Part shown: positions 19,243-29,725 of the stretch, in pieces
Layout: each line of letters starts with the position of its first letter
How positions within the stretch are numbered: the stretch's first letter is position 1
Assembly: GCA_963727775.1 (NCBI GenBank)
Contig: CAVSHB010000001.1
Coordinates: forward strand, 32,001 to 96,000
Direction: 5' to 3'
Length of the DNA stretch: 64,000 nt
From: an uncultured Nitrospiraceae bacterium
Lineage (GTDB): Bacteria > Nitrospirota > Thermodesulfovibrionia > Thermodesulfovibrionales > SM23-35
The notes under the pieces: model-generated
Seen by the model: only the letters and a program-made list of their open reading frames with translations
Databases searched by the model: none
What the model was told of the DNA's origin: nothing
Made by a program: the position numbers and the translations under genes

Positions 19243-21258
19243 ATGAACCCATTATTTGGAAACGAGAAAAACAGATTTTTTAAACAGCCTTTAAAAACAA
19301 AGGCCGCTGTCTTGCCGTCTGGGCCCAAAGGTAAGACTGTGTTGATTTCACCGCCTTCGGGGTTGCTCGATAAGGTGTCGAAGGCTGCAAGAAAGACCCA
19401 GTCGTATTATATGAACCAGCAGCATGAGGATGGTTACTGGTGGTATGAGCTTGAATCCAACGTGACCATAACGTCTGAATACTTGATGCTGCTACATTTC
19501 CTCGGTCTGAAGGACGATGCTAAATACAAGAAAATAGCGCACCATATTCTGAAAAACCAAAGACCGGACGGTACATGGGCGGTATATTGGGAAGGAAAGG
19601 GCGACCTCAGCACTACCGTTGAAGCATATTTTGCTCTTAAACTTGCAGGTCTCTCCGCGGACGATCCGAGGCTGAGAAAGGCAAGAGAATTTATTATAGA
19701 AAATGGTGGAGTTGAGGCGTCAAGGGTTTTTACAAAAATATACCTTGCCATATTCGGGGAGTTCGACTGGAAGGCGGTCCCCTCAATTCCTGTTGAGTTT
19801 ATCTTTGTACCTTCGTGGTTCCCTTTTAACATATATAATTTATCGAGCTGGGCAAGGTCTACAATCGTGCCTTTGATGGCCATCCTCGATACCAAACCCT
19901 TCTGTACAATACCTGAAAATGCAGGGATAAGGGAGTTATACAAAGACCACGATCAGATATCTTCCATAACGACCAAAAGCTTTGCCCCGTATTTATGGAA
20001 AAGACTGTTTATCGCAGCCGACAGAATGATAAAAGCGATGGAGAAATTTCCTGTGCGGCCATGGAGGGCAAAGGCACTGAAAAACACCGAGAGATGGATA
20101 TTGGAGCGTCAGGACCCAAGCGGCGACTGGGGAGGAATACAGCCCGCTATGCTTAATTCAACACTTGCTCTCGCAGCGATGGGGCACGAAGTGTCTGATG
20201 GACCTGTCGGGAAAGGGCTTGAAGCCCTTGAAAGGTTTACCATTGAAGATGAGAATGAACTTATTCTCCAATCGTGTATTTCTCCGATATGGGACACGGC
20301 ACTAACGTCGCTTGCCTTGATTTATTCAGGAATACAAATGGACCACCTCGCTCTTGAGAGGGCCTGCAAATGGCTGGCTTCCAAACAGATTTTCCGGAAA
20401 GGGGACTGGAGCATTAAGATGCCGGACCTTGAGCCGGGAGGATGGGCTTTTGAGTTCGAAAATAACTGGTACCCGGATATAGATGACACTTCTGTGGTTT
20501 TACTGCTTCTCTATAAATACGCCAATAAAGACTATATCAAGTCTGATAACCTGAAAAAGGGGCTCGACTGGGTAATCGGGATGCAGGGAAAAGACGGGGG
20601 TTGGGGCGCCTTTGATGTGGATAACAACCTGAAAATTTTGAACCAGCTTCCTTTTGGAGACCTGGAGTCAATGATAGACCCGAGTACCCCGGATATTACG
20701 GGAAGGGGTTTGGAACTTCTCGGCTCATTCGGATACGGCCTGTCCGATAATATTGTTAAAAGGGCGATTGGGTTTCTCAAGAGAACACAGGAAACGGACG
20801 GGTCCTGGTGGGGAAGATGGGGCGTCAATTACATCTACGGCACCAGCATAGTGCTTGCGGGGCTTGAATCCGTTAAAGAAGACATGTCTAAACCATACAT
20901 AAAAAAGGCGGTCACCTGGCTGAAAGCCAACCAAAATACTGACGGCGGATGGGGAGAGCGTTGCGAATCTTATATGGACCCCGCCTTTAAATGCCGGGGC
21001 GAAAGCACTCCATCGCAGACCTCATGGGCCATCCTGTCTCTGATTGCAGCCGGTGAAGTAACGAGTAAAGAAGTGATTAAGGGAATTAAATATCTTCTTA
21101 AGACGCAGAAAAAAGACGGCACATGGGATGAAGAGGCATTTACAGGGACGGGGTTCCCGAAGTATTTTTTCATAAGATACCATAATTACAGAAATTGTTT
21201 CCCCTTAATGGCCTTCGGCAAGTTCCTTTCGAAATTCAAAGAAGGAATCAATAAATGA
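19243..21258 (+). CDS. shc: Squalene-hopene cyclase
   Basis: YPDIDDT (DXDD), QW repeats, GRWGVNYIYGT, FTGTGFP. Confidence 0.97.
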   Translation: MNPLFGNEKNRFFKQPLKTKAAVLPSGPKGKTVLISPPSGLLDKVSKAARKTQSYYMNQQHEDGYWWYELESNVTITSEYLMLLHFLGLKDDAKYKKIAHHILKNQRPDGTWAVYWEGKGDLSTTVEAYFALKLAGLSADDPRLRKAREFIIENGGVEASRVFTKIYLAIFGEFDWKAVPSIPVEFIFVPSWFPFNIYNLSSWARSTIVPLMAILDTKPFCTIPENAGIRELYKDHDQISSITTKSFAPYLWKRLFIAADRMIKAMEKFPVRPWRAKALKNTERWILERQDPSGDWGGIQPAMLNSTLALAAMGHEVSDGPVGKGLEALERFTIEDENELILQSCISPIWDTALTSLALIYSGIQMDHLALERACKWLASKQIFRKGDWSIKMPDLEPGGWAFEFENNWYPDIDDTSVVLLLLYKYANKDYIKSDNLKKGLDWVIGMQGKDGGWGAFDVDNNLKILNQLPFGDLESMIDPSTPDITGRGLELLGSFGYGLSDNIVKRAIGFLKRTQETDGSWWGRWGVNYIYGTSIVLAGLESVKEDMSKPYIKKAVTWLKANQNTDGGWGERCESYMDPAFKCRGESTPSQTSWAILSLIAAGEVTSKEVIKGIKYLLKTQKKDGTWDEEAFTGTGFPKYFFIRYHNYRNCFPLMAFGKFLSKFKEGINK

Positions 21259-22244
21259 AAGCGCTTGTAACAGGCGCTACAGGGTTTATCGGGTTTCATG
21301 TTGCCAGGCTTCTTGCAAAGCAGGGATTTTCCGTCAAAGCACTGGTAAGGGAAGGAAGCGATGCCTATGGCTTAAAGACACTGGGCATTGAACCTATTAT
21401 CGGCGACGTAAGAGACCCACATTCCGTACGCAGGGCGCTCGAAGGCTGCCGGCAGCTTTATCATCTTGCAGCAGATTACAGGCTCTGGGTTAAGGACCCG
21501 AAAACCATGTACGACATTAATGTTAAAGGTACGGAAAACGTCATGGAGGCCGCATTAATAGCAGGGACAGAAAGGGTCGTTTATACGAGTACGGTCGGGG
21601 TGCTGGCTGCCTGTTCAAATGGGAAACCTTCAAATGAGGAGACGCCTGTCAGCATAAAAGACATGGTGGGCGATTATAAAAAATCCAAATTCATCGCTGA
21701 AACAGCAGTGTACGGATTTATCGGAAAGGGCTTGCCTGTCGTCATCGTAAATCCTACGACACCCATAGGCGATATGGACCGGAAGCCAACTCCTACCGGA
21801 AAAATTATTGTCGATTTTCTAAACGGCAAATTCCCCGCGTATCTTGATACAGGACTGAATTTTGTTGATGTGGATGATGTTGCAGCCGGCCATATACTGG
21901 CAGCCCGATATGGCAAGATCGGACAGAGATATATATTGGGAAATAGAAACATTTCCCTGCGGGAATTTTTTGAGTGTCTCGCAGGCATTACAGGCCGGAA
22001 ACCTCCGAGAGTGCGGCTTCCGTATTTCCCTGTTTTACTTGCCGCATATGTGGATGAATCGTTGTCGGGGATAACCGGCAGGCATCCGACGATTCCTCTC
22101 ACAGGCGTAAAGATGGCGCGGAAGTTCATGTATTTTGACTGTTCGAAAGCCGTAAGGGAACTGAATATGCCGCAGACTCCCGTTGAAGGCGCCATGGAAA
22201 AGGCGATAAATTGGTTCAGGGACCAGGGATATATAAAGAAATAA
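21255..22244 (+). CDS. hpnA: Hopanoid-associated NAD-dependent epimerase/dehydratase
   Basis: GATGFIG, HLAADYRLW, YKKSK, KPTPTG; ATGA overlap with shc. Confidence 0.9.
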   Translation: MKALVTGATGFIGFHVARLLAKQGFSVKALVREGSDAYGLKTLGIEPIIGDVRDPHSVRRALEGCRQLYHLAADYRLWVKDPKTMYDINVKGTENVMEAALIAGTERVVYTSTVGVLAACSNGKPSNEETPVSIKDMVGDYKKSKFIAETAVYGFIGKGLPVVIVNPTTPIGDMDRKPTPTGKIIVDFLNGKFPAYLDTGLNFVDVDDVAAGHILAARYGKIGQRYILGNRNISLREFFECLAGITGRKPPRVRLPYFPVLLAAYVDESLSGITGRHPTIPLTGVKMARKFMYFDCSKAVRELNMPQTPVEGAMEKAINWFRDQGYIKK

Positions 22245-22260
22245 TCTTTTAAGGATATAA

Positions 22261-23088
22261 ATGTACGAGACAGAACAAGATCATCAGGATGAGCCGCAAG
22301 ACAGAAAACTTGGCGATGAATGGACAGACTGGAAAGGCGGGACAGATGCGCGGGAGTCTGCAATAGATGAGACCCTGACCACTTTTTCCCTTTTGGCTAT
22401 CGGCATTGTATGCATACTCATTGCACTTCTGCCTTTGTTCTGGTATCTGATAAAGCCGAGAATTGTGCAATTAAACTATTTGGTATCAACCCTGGTTGAG
22501 TGGTCTGTTACAGGATTTGCCTCTGTATGCTTTATCTTATTTCTGGCGGAAAGTATTTCAATCCTTGGGTTCAGAAAATCCATATTCCCTTACAGATGGC
22601 GGGAAAAATTTATTCTTTTTCTTCTTCCAAAAACTATCTGGCTCGGAGCGAAATTAGGGATAAGCCGGGACAGGGTGGGGAATTCCTTTATTAAGGCCCA
22701 TAATTTTTTAATAAGAAACTTCGCAAATAATCTGAATACAGAAAGACCTTTAATCCTGTTACCGAGATGTTTAAAAAAAGAGACGAGGGCGCAGATTATG
22801 AATAAAATGAACGGCTTCAAGGTCGTTACCGCGGCCGGTGGGGAACAGGCACGGGAAGCGATCAGACAATATAAACCGACATGCATTTTGGCTTTGGCCT
22901 GTGAAAGAGACCTAATGAGCGGGATTAAAGATGTAGCTGAAAAGATACCGGTGCTTGCAATCCCGAATAAAAGACCTGAGGGCCCATGTAAAAACACCGA
23001 TGTTTACCTCGATGAGCTTGACGATACTTTAAGATTCATAATAGAGAAAAGAAATAAAATCCCCAAAACAAATAAAGGTCCCGAATAG
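22261..23088 (+). CDS. DUF116-family membrane protein
   Basis: LLPRCL, ALACERDL..GI, PEGPCKNT; N-terminal TM helices. Confidence 0.75.
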   Translation: MYETEQDHQDEPQDRKLGDEWTDWKGGTDARESAIDETLTTFSLLAIGIVCILIALLPLFWYLIKPRIVQLNYLVSTLVEWSVTGFASVCFILFLAESISILGFRKSIFPYRWREKFILFLLPKTIWLGAKLGISRDRVGNSFIKAHNFLIRNFANNLNTERPLILLPRCLKKETRAQIMNKMNGFKVVTAAGGEQAREAIRQYKPTCILALACERDLMSGIKDVAEKIPVLAIPNKRPEGPCKNTDVYLDELDDTLRFIIEKRNKIPKTNKGPE

Positions 23089-23094
23089 ATTCTT

Positions 23095-24099
23095 ATGAGA
23101 TTCCCTGCCAGTCTTTATTTATCAATGAGTTCGTTTTTCATGAAAAATGCCCTTGCTGGTAGGAAGAAATTCCCGCTGGTATTGATGCTCGAGCCTACTC
23201 ACCGGTGCAATCTCAACTGTGCGGGATGTGACAGGATAAGGCTGTATGGGAAGGAGCAGACGGATGACCTTTCCCTCAGCCAATGCATAGAGGCTGCAAA
23301 AGAATCAAAAGCCCCTGTTGTCACGATAACCGGGGGGGAACCGATGTTATATCCTGAATTACCCCGTCTTGTAGATGGACTTCTCAGGCTGAAAAGGCAT
23401 ATCTATCTGTGCACAAACGGACTTCTTGCGGAATCCTTTATAGAGGAATTCAGGCCGACCCCAAAGCTTACCCTGAACTTTCATCTGGACGGAATGGAGG
23501 AGACCCACGACCGCATTACTAATAAACTGGGGACATTCAAACGTGCTGTAGAAACTATAAAAAAGGCGAAACAAAAAGGTTTCAGAGTGAGCACAAATAC
23601 ATCTATTTACAAAAATTCGGACATAGGAGAACTGGAGAATTTATTCGGAATGTTAAAATCCATCAACGTAGACGGGGTCCTGATTTCGCCGGCCTTCAGC
23701 TATGAGAGGGTGGAAAACGATATATTTCCCGGGAAAAACGAAATACGGGAAAAGGTCGGGCAGATGACGGATTTTTTCGATAGGTTCCCCTTTATGAGTA
23801 CCCCTATATACGTGGATTTTTTAAAAGGGAAAAGACAGATGCGCTGTACACCGTGGGGTAATCCCACGCGCAACCCCCTCGGATGGAAATCCCCCTGTTA
23901 TCTGATAACCGATACTTACTATGAATCTTTCAAAGAAATGATGGAAAAAACGGAATGGGACAGGTTCGAATCAGGTGGCGATCCGCGCTGCAAGAACTGT
24001 ATGGTCCACAGCGGGTATGAAGCTACGGTAATGCGCACTGCGTTTTCGAATCCGGGAGACATGCTCAGGCTTGTCCTCTGGAACCTGAAAAAACCTTAA
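23095..24099 (+). CDS. hpnH: Adenosylhopane-forming radical SAM enzyme
   Basis: FPLVLMLEP, CNLNCAGC, CTPWGNPTRN, CKNCMVHSGYE. Confidence 0.92.
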   Translation: MRFPASLYLSMSSFFMKNALAGRKKFPLVLMLEPTHRCNLNCAGCDRIRLYGKEQTDDLSLSQCIEAAKESKAPVVTITGGEPMLYPELPRLVDGLLRLKRHIYLCTNGLLAESFIEEFRPTPKLTLNFHLDGMEETHDRITNKLGTFKRAVETIKKAKQKGFRVSTNTSIYKNSDIGELENLFGMLKSINVDGVLISPAFSYERVENDIFPGKNEIREKVGQMTDFFDRFPFMSTPIYVDFLKGKRQMRCTPWGNPTRNPLGWKSPCYLITDTYYESFKEMMEKTEWDRFESGGDPRCKNCMVHSGYEATVMRTAFSNPGDMLRLVLWNLKKP

Positions 24100-24971
24100 T
24101 GGATCCTTTTTTTTCGCTTCTGTTAAATACGGTCGTCATGAGACCGTATGTTTTTCTTTTCCTACTGGTATATCTCCTGGGCTGCTCTTTACATTTAGGG
24201 GTAAAAAGGGCGCTGCTTTTTTGTATAGCGGGATATCTTATTGCATGGCTTTCGGAATACTCCTCCATTCATAACGGCATTCCTTATGGCTATTATTACT
24301 ATATTGAGCATACAAAAGGGGAAGAGTTATGGGTCCTGGGCGTGCCTTTTTTTGATTCACTGAGCTATGTGTTCCTTGCATATGCAAGCTATTCAATGGC
24401 GCTTATGGTAGCTTCACCCATCCTGCGTACGCGTGGAATGTTCTATCTCCTTGAAACAAAAGCAATCAGGAATTCGATATATACTACAATTCTGGGAGCG
24501 GTCTTTTTTGTCTATCTTGACATCATAATAGACCCCGTGGCTTTGGTAGGTGAGAGGTGGTTCCTCGGCCAAATTTACGGATACCCGCGCCGAGGAGTTT
24601 ATTTCGGCATCCCTATCTCTAATTTCATAGGATGGCTTGTGGTAGGATTTATAATGATTTATGCATTACAGAGGATAGATTCCCATCTGCATAAGAGAAA
24701 AGATTGGTTCGGGTATAAATACCACTGGAGATATATTATAGGTCCCGGCCTTTATATCGGTGTGATACTTTTCAACTTGTCGATAACTTTTTATGTCCGG
24801 GAGTACAACCTCGGCTGGGCCGGCATTTTCATTGTCCTGCTGCCGTCGCTTCTCGTTTACTCTTTAATGAAATTGAAGCTTTTGCATGTAAGTATCGACA
24901 AAACCATAAAAGCCCATCTGTCCGATTTCCCCATGATTGTAATTCCAAAATTTGCACGAAAAGAAGAATAA
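24099..24971 (+). CDS. CruF/DUF422 carotenoid-biosynthesis-type membrane protein
   Basis: E..S...GIPYGYYYY, GVP, DIIIDPVA, YFGIPISNFIGW motifs; multiple TM helices. Confidence 0.75.
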   Translation: MDPFFSLLLNTVVMRPYVFLFLLVYLLGCSLHLGVKRALLFCIAGYLIAWLSEYSSIHNGIPYGYYYYIEHTKGEELWVLGVPFFDSLSYVFLAYASYSMALMVASPILRTRGMFYLLETKAIRNSIYTTILGAVFFVYLDIIIDPVALVGERWFLGQIYGYPRRGVYFGIPISNFIGWLVVGFIMIYALQRIDSHLHKRKDWFGYKYHWRYIIGPGLYIGVILFNLSITFYVREYNLGWAGIFIVLLPSLLVYSLMKLKLLHVSIDKTIKAHLSDFPMIVIPKFARKEE

Positions 24972-25077
24972 AAGAGCCTTTATCTATTGGCAATACTGAT
25001 TCCCAGTTGGAACCTGAAGTGTCGTGAGAGCTTGCCGGATACAATGTTAGAAGAGGAAGAAAGAAATATGGTCTTTG

Positions 25078-25797
25078 CTACTGAGATGAAGAACCTTTAT
25101 CTGTATCAAGCAGGTTGATGAATTCCACTAATATCTCGTGGTCCCTTTCTGACATTTCAAGGAATTCGACTCCTATGTCATAACGCTCAGGGGCTGTATT
25201 GGCTATTAAGAGACTTGAGGCAACTCTACCTTGAAAGGTTATCGCTTTGTCCTGTGGAAACGTCAACTCCATAAGCATTTTATTTTCAATTTCTATTGGA
25301 TGCTCACTCTCTATAAGCATACCACCAAGGCTAAGTTTTTTTACCTCGCAACCTTCATAAAAATGCAGTGTGGGTGTCTCTACCGAAGCCTCAAGCTGAA
25401 ATCTTGTAAAAAGCCTCAGGCCGCTTATTTCATATATGTTTTTCTGCCTGTCTTTTTCTCGCATATGATTTTCTATAAAATTTATGATTTCTTTCATTTT
25501 CTCATTTGTAACATCTGTAAACTTTAGTCCTGCTGTATATATTGGGATAATATCGCCCTGGGCTCCTTCTTCGTTTCCACTCAATAAGGACCACATAACC
25601 TTACCCTTGAGAATTAAAGTCTGGTCTTTAGCAATAATTTTGAGAGTATATTCACGATCTATATTCATCCTCTTGTCAGCTTTCAAAGAGATTCCAGCAA
25701 TGCTGATATCGAGAATCTTCAAATCTTTGACAAACAACATCTCACCGTGAATATCATAAATATCTAAGGCATATCTCTTATATCGTCTTTTTTCCAT
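25078..25797 (-). CDS. Tandem PilZ-domain protein
   Basis: EKRRYKR and DISIAG; second LSLGG repeat; YDIGVEF. Confidence 0.85.
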   Translation of the reverse strand: MEKRRYKRYALDIYDIHGEMLFVKDLKILDISIAGISLKADKRMNIDREYTLKIIAKDQTLILKGKVMWSLLSGNEEGAQGDIIPIYTAGLKFTDVTNEKMKEIINFIENHMREKDRQKNIYEISGLRLFTRFQLEASVETPTLHFYEGCEVKKLSLGGMLIESEHPIEIENKMLMELTFPQDKAITFQGRVASSLLIANTAPERYDIGVEFLEMSERDHEILVEFINLLDTDKGSSSQ

Positions 25798-25871
25798 TTA
25801 TTACACCTTCAGTAAATTCATGTCTATTTTAACAGTTATCAACTGTAATGTTGTACTATGAGGCATGGTTC

Positions 25872-26090
25872 TCACTTTCGAGATTCTCGCCACAGCATCA
25901 ACGCAAGCCCCGAAGAAATTAAAAAGCCAAGCACACTTAACCAAACAGGGACAATCATGCCGTTTATGGTAACTTCCCAGACAAAAAATAACCGGAGAAG
26001 ATGCATAAAAGCAATAAGCGAGAACACGATAATAGCAATGGTTGTAAATGGTTTCATGTTTCGTTCCTTCCTTCCTCGAAAGGTGATCAA
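25872..26090 (-). CDS. Small membrane protein
   Basis: MKPFTTIAIIVF...HLLRL, two TM helices. Confidence 0.6.
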   Translation of the reverse strand: MITFRGRKERNMKPFTTIAIIVFSLIAFMHLLRLFFVWEVTINGMIVPVWLSVLGFLISSGLALMLWRESRK

Positions 26091-26209
26091 TATTAGATAT
26101 TTATTTCCAGTTGTACTCCACAGTTACAAAAAGTATATCACAGGTGTGACCTTCAGCTTATCGAGTGTAAAACTTAACCTTGAGGAAGAACTGTAAAAGT
26201 TGTTCTTCC

Positions 26210-26773
26210 TCAAGCCCTGACTTGTGGCTTCATCCCGAATATTCTGCATATCGCCTTCGCCAACTCTTTGTCGACGACAATAGCTCCACCATGGTGCAGA
26301 TCTATCACGATATCTATCTTGTCGATCAAGTTTCTCATATTCTTCAAACATCCTACGATCTGGACAATCTGAATGTTTTCCTTATCCAGAAGCTTCTCGA
26401 TCTGTTCTAATTGTGTATCACTTCTTCCATAGATTTCATCGATGATAAGTATGATCTTCTGATCCATTTTGAAGAGTGATTGAATGTCCTCTACCATAGT
26501 CATATCTTTCTTGAGCGACGAGATATAGTTCAGATATTTCTCGTAACTTCCCGGTCTTCGTTTTCCTTCGAAATCGACTGGATTCCCGACATAGTAGACT
26601 TTGGCATTGTTCTTAAGTGCCTCGATAGTATTTGTTATCTTGCCGACTCCCCACCCCCCGCGTATGAGAATATTTTTATAGCGGGCAAGGACTTTTTTGA
26701 TATTATCGGGATTATCTTTTGTAAACGCAACTTGTTTGCCGCTCCCCGTTTCGTCCTTTCCCATCAATCTCAC
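26210..26773 (-). CDS. Small P-loop NTPase-like protein
   Basis: GGWGVGK Walker A-like and LIIDE Walker B-like motifs. Confidence 0.6.
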   Translation of the reverse strand: MRLMGKDETGSGKQVAFTKDNPDNIKKVLARYKNILIRGGWGVGKITNTIEALKNNAKVYYVGNPVDFEGKRRPGSYEKYLNYISSLKKDMTMVEDIQSLFKMDQKIILIIDEIYGRSDTQLEQIEKLLDKENIQIVQIVGCLKNMRNLIDKIDIVIDLHHGGAIVVDKELAKAICRIFGMKPQVRA

Positions 26774-27005
26774 TATTCCTTTTTTTTCTATTTGTCGATT
26801 CTTTGCATTTGGGCGTAACTTTTTATCAGTTACAAGTTAAACTCTACAGGACTTGGGAATGGTTTTCAAGTGCGAGATTTAGGAAGGAATGTTGCGATGA
26901 ATTAAATAGTGACACAGAGCCTGTCTAAAAACCTTTCCGCTAATCGAGCATGCGTAGTAAGATTATTCGATATGAGAAATCTATATCGCTCTGCCTAATT
27001 TCTTA

Positions 27006-27200
27006 TTAGGCGTGCATTGTCCGCTGCAAGGGCACGCGGCGCATACACCACGCTTCGTCCGATCTACCGTAACCATTGCCGAATTTCAACTGTGCAAGGA
27101 AGTCATCTACAGGAATGTATTCGATAAGCTTTCTGTGTACCCTTCCCCCGAAGTCCTGAATGAGGAACGTTGGCGTCCGGGCAATGTCGAACTGTTTCAT
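27006..27200 (-). pseudogene. Possible thioredoxin-fold protein remnant
   Basis: F.IARTPTFLIQD..G.VH.K...YIP.DDFLAQL resembles a thioredoxin C-terminal half; no N-terminal CxxC part in frame. Confidence 0.35.
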
Positions 27201-27314
27201 CAGCTCAGTCCGTTAGATATAAATTGCCTCTACCGCCGGTTCGTTTGTTTTTTTGGTTTTTGATTTGATAAAATAATTTGTTACTCTCGGGCGTACAACT
27301 AATTTTGAAAGGAG

Positions 27315-27683
27315 GTGTTCTCATTGAAAAAGGCAGTGTTGGCTATTGTCTCGATATTCTTGGCCTTTGCTTTTACAGGGACAGGCTTTCCAGCCGGAAA
27401 AGAAGCGGCAATAAAGATGGCTGCGGGTGAAGTTAAGGCAGTTGATACAAAAGCAAAAACCATTACTATAACGAACGATAAACAAGCCGAATCCGTTTTT
27501 GTTTTTGACGATAAGACTGTCGTAAGAGCGCATAACAAAAACAAGAGTACATTCGCTGATGTAAAAGTCGGCGATATAGCCGCGCTTATATACGACGAAG
27601 TCGGCGGCAAGAGTGTGATAAAAAGTATTACTGTTATGGCTCCGATAGGCGCATCGACTTCGAACTCCGCAGAAAAAAAGTAA
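27315..27683 (+). CDS. Exported small beta-rich protein
   Basis: GGAGG RBS, signal peptide, GEVKAVD...DVKVGD pattern; followed by a terminator. Confidence 0.7.
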   Translation: MFSLKKAVLAIVSIFLAFAFTGTGFPAGKEAAIKMAAGEVKAVDTKAKTITITNDKQAESVFVFDDKTVVRAHNKNKSTFADVKVGDIAALIYDEVGGKSVIKSITVMAPIGASTSNSAEKK

Positions 27684-27690
27684 GCTCATG

Positions 27691-27721
27691 AGAAAGGGCG
27701 CTGAATATAAGCGCCCTTTCT
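27691..27721 (+). terminator. Intrinsic terminator
   Basis: AGAAAGGGCGCT...AGCGCCCTTTCT hairpin. Confidence 0.75.
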
Positions 27722-27912
27722 ATTCGCCTATAGAGAATTTATCAAATGTTTCCCTGAGTTCTTTATCCGTCATTTCGGTCAAAGGGATGCGCTTATTTAT
27801 TATCAGCTTGCTTGTGTCTCCTGAGATGCCGAAATGCAGGAGTACGTATTTCCTACCCGGCCCGTTAAATTGACTCAATAGTTAAAAATCATTTATGAAA
27901 GAATGTGAGGGT

Positions 27913-28092
27913 TCACTTCGAGGCCAGTATGAAAATTTTATAAACAAACCGCCCTATCATAACGATCACGTAAATACCGAGAGCAATGAGCGCCAGGCGC
28001 TTCAACCGTTGCAATGACGATTTTACTTTGCCGGTTATATTTTGAAACTCTTTGTTCATTATCTTCTGAGCTTCAAGTCGTATATCGGACAT
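27913..28092 (-). CDS. 59-aa single-TM protein downstream of tatA (not in ORF track)
   Basis: Manual translation MSDIRLEAQK...LALIALGIYVIVMIGRFVYKIFILASK. Confidence 0.45.
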   Translation of the reverse strand: MSDIRLEAQKIMNKEFQNITGKVKSSLQRLKRLALIALGIYVIVMIGRFVYKIFILASK

Positions 28093-28130
28093 GAACTTGT
28101 ATCAAACAGAATTGAACTGCCTACAGGTTT

Positions 28131-28334
28131 CTAATCACCCTCTTTTTTCTGTGGCTCCTCTTTCTTGGAACTATCTTTTTTGGGTGTTACGTCTATTTCA
28201 TCAGCTTCTGATATGCCTTTCTTGAAATTTTTGATTGCCTGTCCTATGCCGCTCCCGATCTGAGGGAGCCTTGTGGCGCCAAAAAGCACAACAACTATTA
28301 CCCCTATCAGGAGAATATCTTGTGTACTGAACAT
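28131..28334 (-). CDS. tatA: Twin-arginine translocase TatA/E
   Basis: VVLFGATRLPQIGSGIGQAIKNFKKG. Confidence 0.92.
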   Translation of the reverse strand: MFSTQDILLIGVIVVVLFGATRLPQIGSGIGQAIKNFKKGISEADEIDVTPKKDSSKKEEPQKKEGD

Positions 28335-28386
28335 TTTACTTTCACCTCCTCTTTTATGTCTGTTATATTATAAATCATTTCAGGAT

Positions 28387-29526
28387 TTAAAAATGCCGAT
28401 TCTTGCGCCGGCTTGATCGGTCGATATTTTCGAAATCAGCGCTCTGTCCCCATGCGCTTGCCTGCCAGTTGTCTGTCCTGCTTGATTCCGGGATCCATGG
28501 CGGCAAGTCCATGCATAAACGGTCGGATAAGGCATTGATATAAGGTTCGTACATCCCGCGTAGCTCCGACAGCCTTTTGTCCAAATCGCTTCCTTCACGG
28601 AGATGAATACCTTCCGAAGTGAGAATTGACCGTATGTGGGCCAGACCTGGTGAGGTAAGGCGATCGTCCTCAGGTTCATGAGGGGGGCAGTGCAGGACCA
28701 ACGCGAGGTCCACAATTGCATGCCGGGCGATCGCAAATGTCAATCGAGCCTGACGCTCACAAGCGCCCTCCATGTTTACAATGGCAAAAGCGCTTGTATC
28801 GAGGATCGATGTGATTGCCCCAAGCCAGGACTGATTGTCGTGCTGGGAACGGAAATAAACAAGAACAGGGAAAGACAGGTGGCTCTCAAGCAACTCTGCG
28901 GACCATCGTTCCCATTCATGGAGAAGCTGTCTGAGTTCTTCACCCCCGTTCCATATGTTTCTTCGTATTATTTCTACAACGGTCGGCGGCGATCCCGCGC
29001 GCGCGTCCAAAAGTGAAATGCTGACCTCGCGTATGGAAAAAGACTGGTTAAGCGCCGGCAGATAACTGATAACCATAGCCAGGAAACCGAAACCCATCCC
29101 TGCCTCCAGTACGATGAGGACCCTGGCGAAAAGTGTGGCCGGCACAATATCTCCCAGCCCTAATGTAAAAAAAGTAGTGCCGCTGAAATAAATACACGCA
29201 GCGAAATTGACGGCGCCTTCCGGTGTTTTAATCGCGTTCCCCGGCGCCCAGTAGAGAAGCGCAAAGCCGATTACCAGAATGCTTGCCCAGACACCCAACA
29301 AAAAAGGCAGTGACAAAGGACCATAAAAACTCAGAGAATTCTCCAGGCGTTTCCCTGAAAATACTGAATGGGCCAATGCGGACCAAAGTCGCCAGGTGTA
29401 TCTGTAAAATAGGCGGGTAAGCCGCAGCCTCCGTGTCACGCGGCGCGGCAGGACAACGGTCTCAAAGGCGTCCCATAGGACAATGCTGATGAAAACAAGA
29501 CCAAGAACCGCCGCTATTATAGACAC
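28387..29526 (-). CDS. Potassium-channel-family membrane protein
   Basis: YFSGTTFFTLGLGDIVP pore motif flanked by TM helices. Confidence 0.8.
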   Translation of the reverse strand: MSIIAAVLGLVFISIVLWDAFETVVLPRRVTRRLRLTRLFYRYTWRLWSALAHSVFSGKRLENSLSFYGPLSLPFLLGVWASILVIGFALLYWAPGNAIKTPEGAVNFAACIYFSGTTFFTLGLGDIVPATLFARVLIVLEAGMGFGFLAMVISYLPALNQSFSIREVSISLLDARAGSPPTVVEIIRRNIWNGGEELRQLLHEWERWSAELLESHLSFPVLVYFRSQHDNQSWLGAITSILDTSAFAIVNMEGACERQARLTFAIARHAIVDLALVLHCPPHEPEDDRLTSPGLAHIRSILTSEGIHLREGSDLDKRLSELRGMYEPYINALSDRLCMDLPPWIPESSRTDNWQASAWGQSADFENIDRSSRRKNRHF

Positions 29527-29725
29527 ACGATAAGCTCCGATTTGATTTATTTAACCGATCTTTTTCTTTATCTCTAAATTATTAGCAAAATGAATACCAA
29601 TACGCAACTTGCTGATTTGATGAAATATTAAGATATGCGGGGAAAATCTTTTAGTTATTTTTCCCGGCCGGTGCGGCATAATGCCTTAATTTAAATAATG
29701 AGGATATTACAAAAAAGATGGGATT

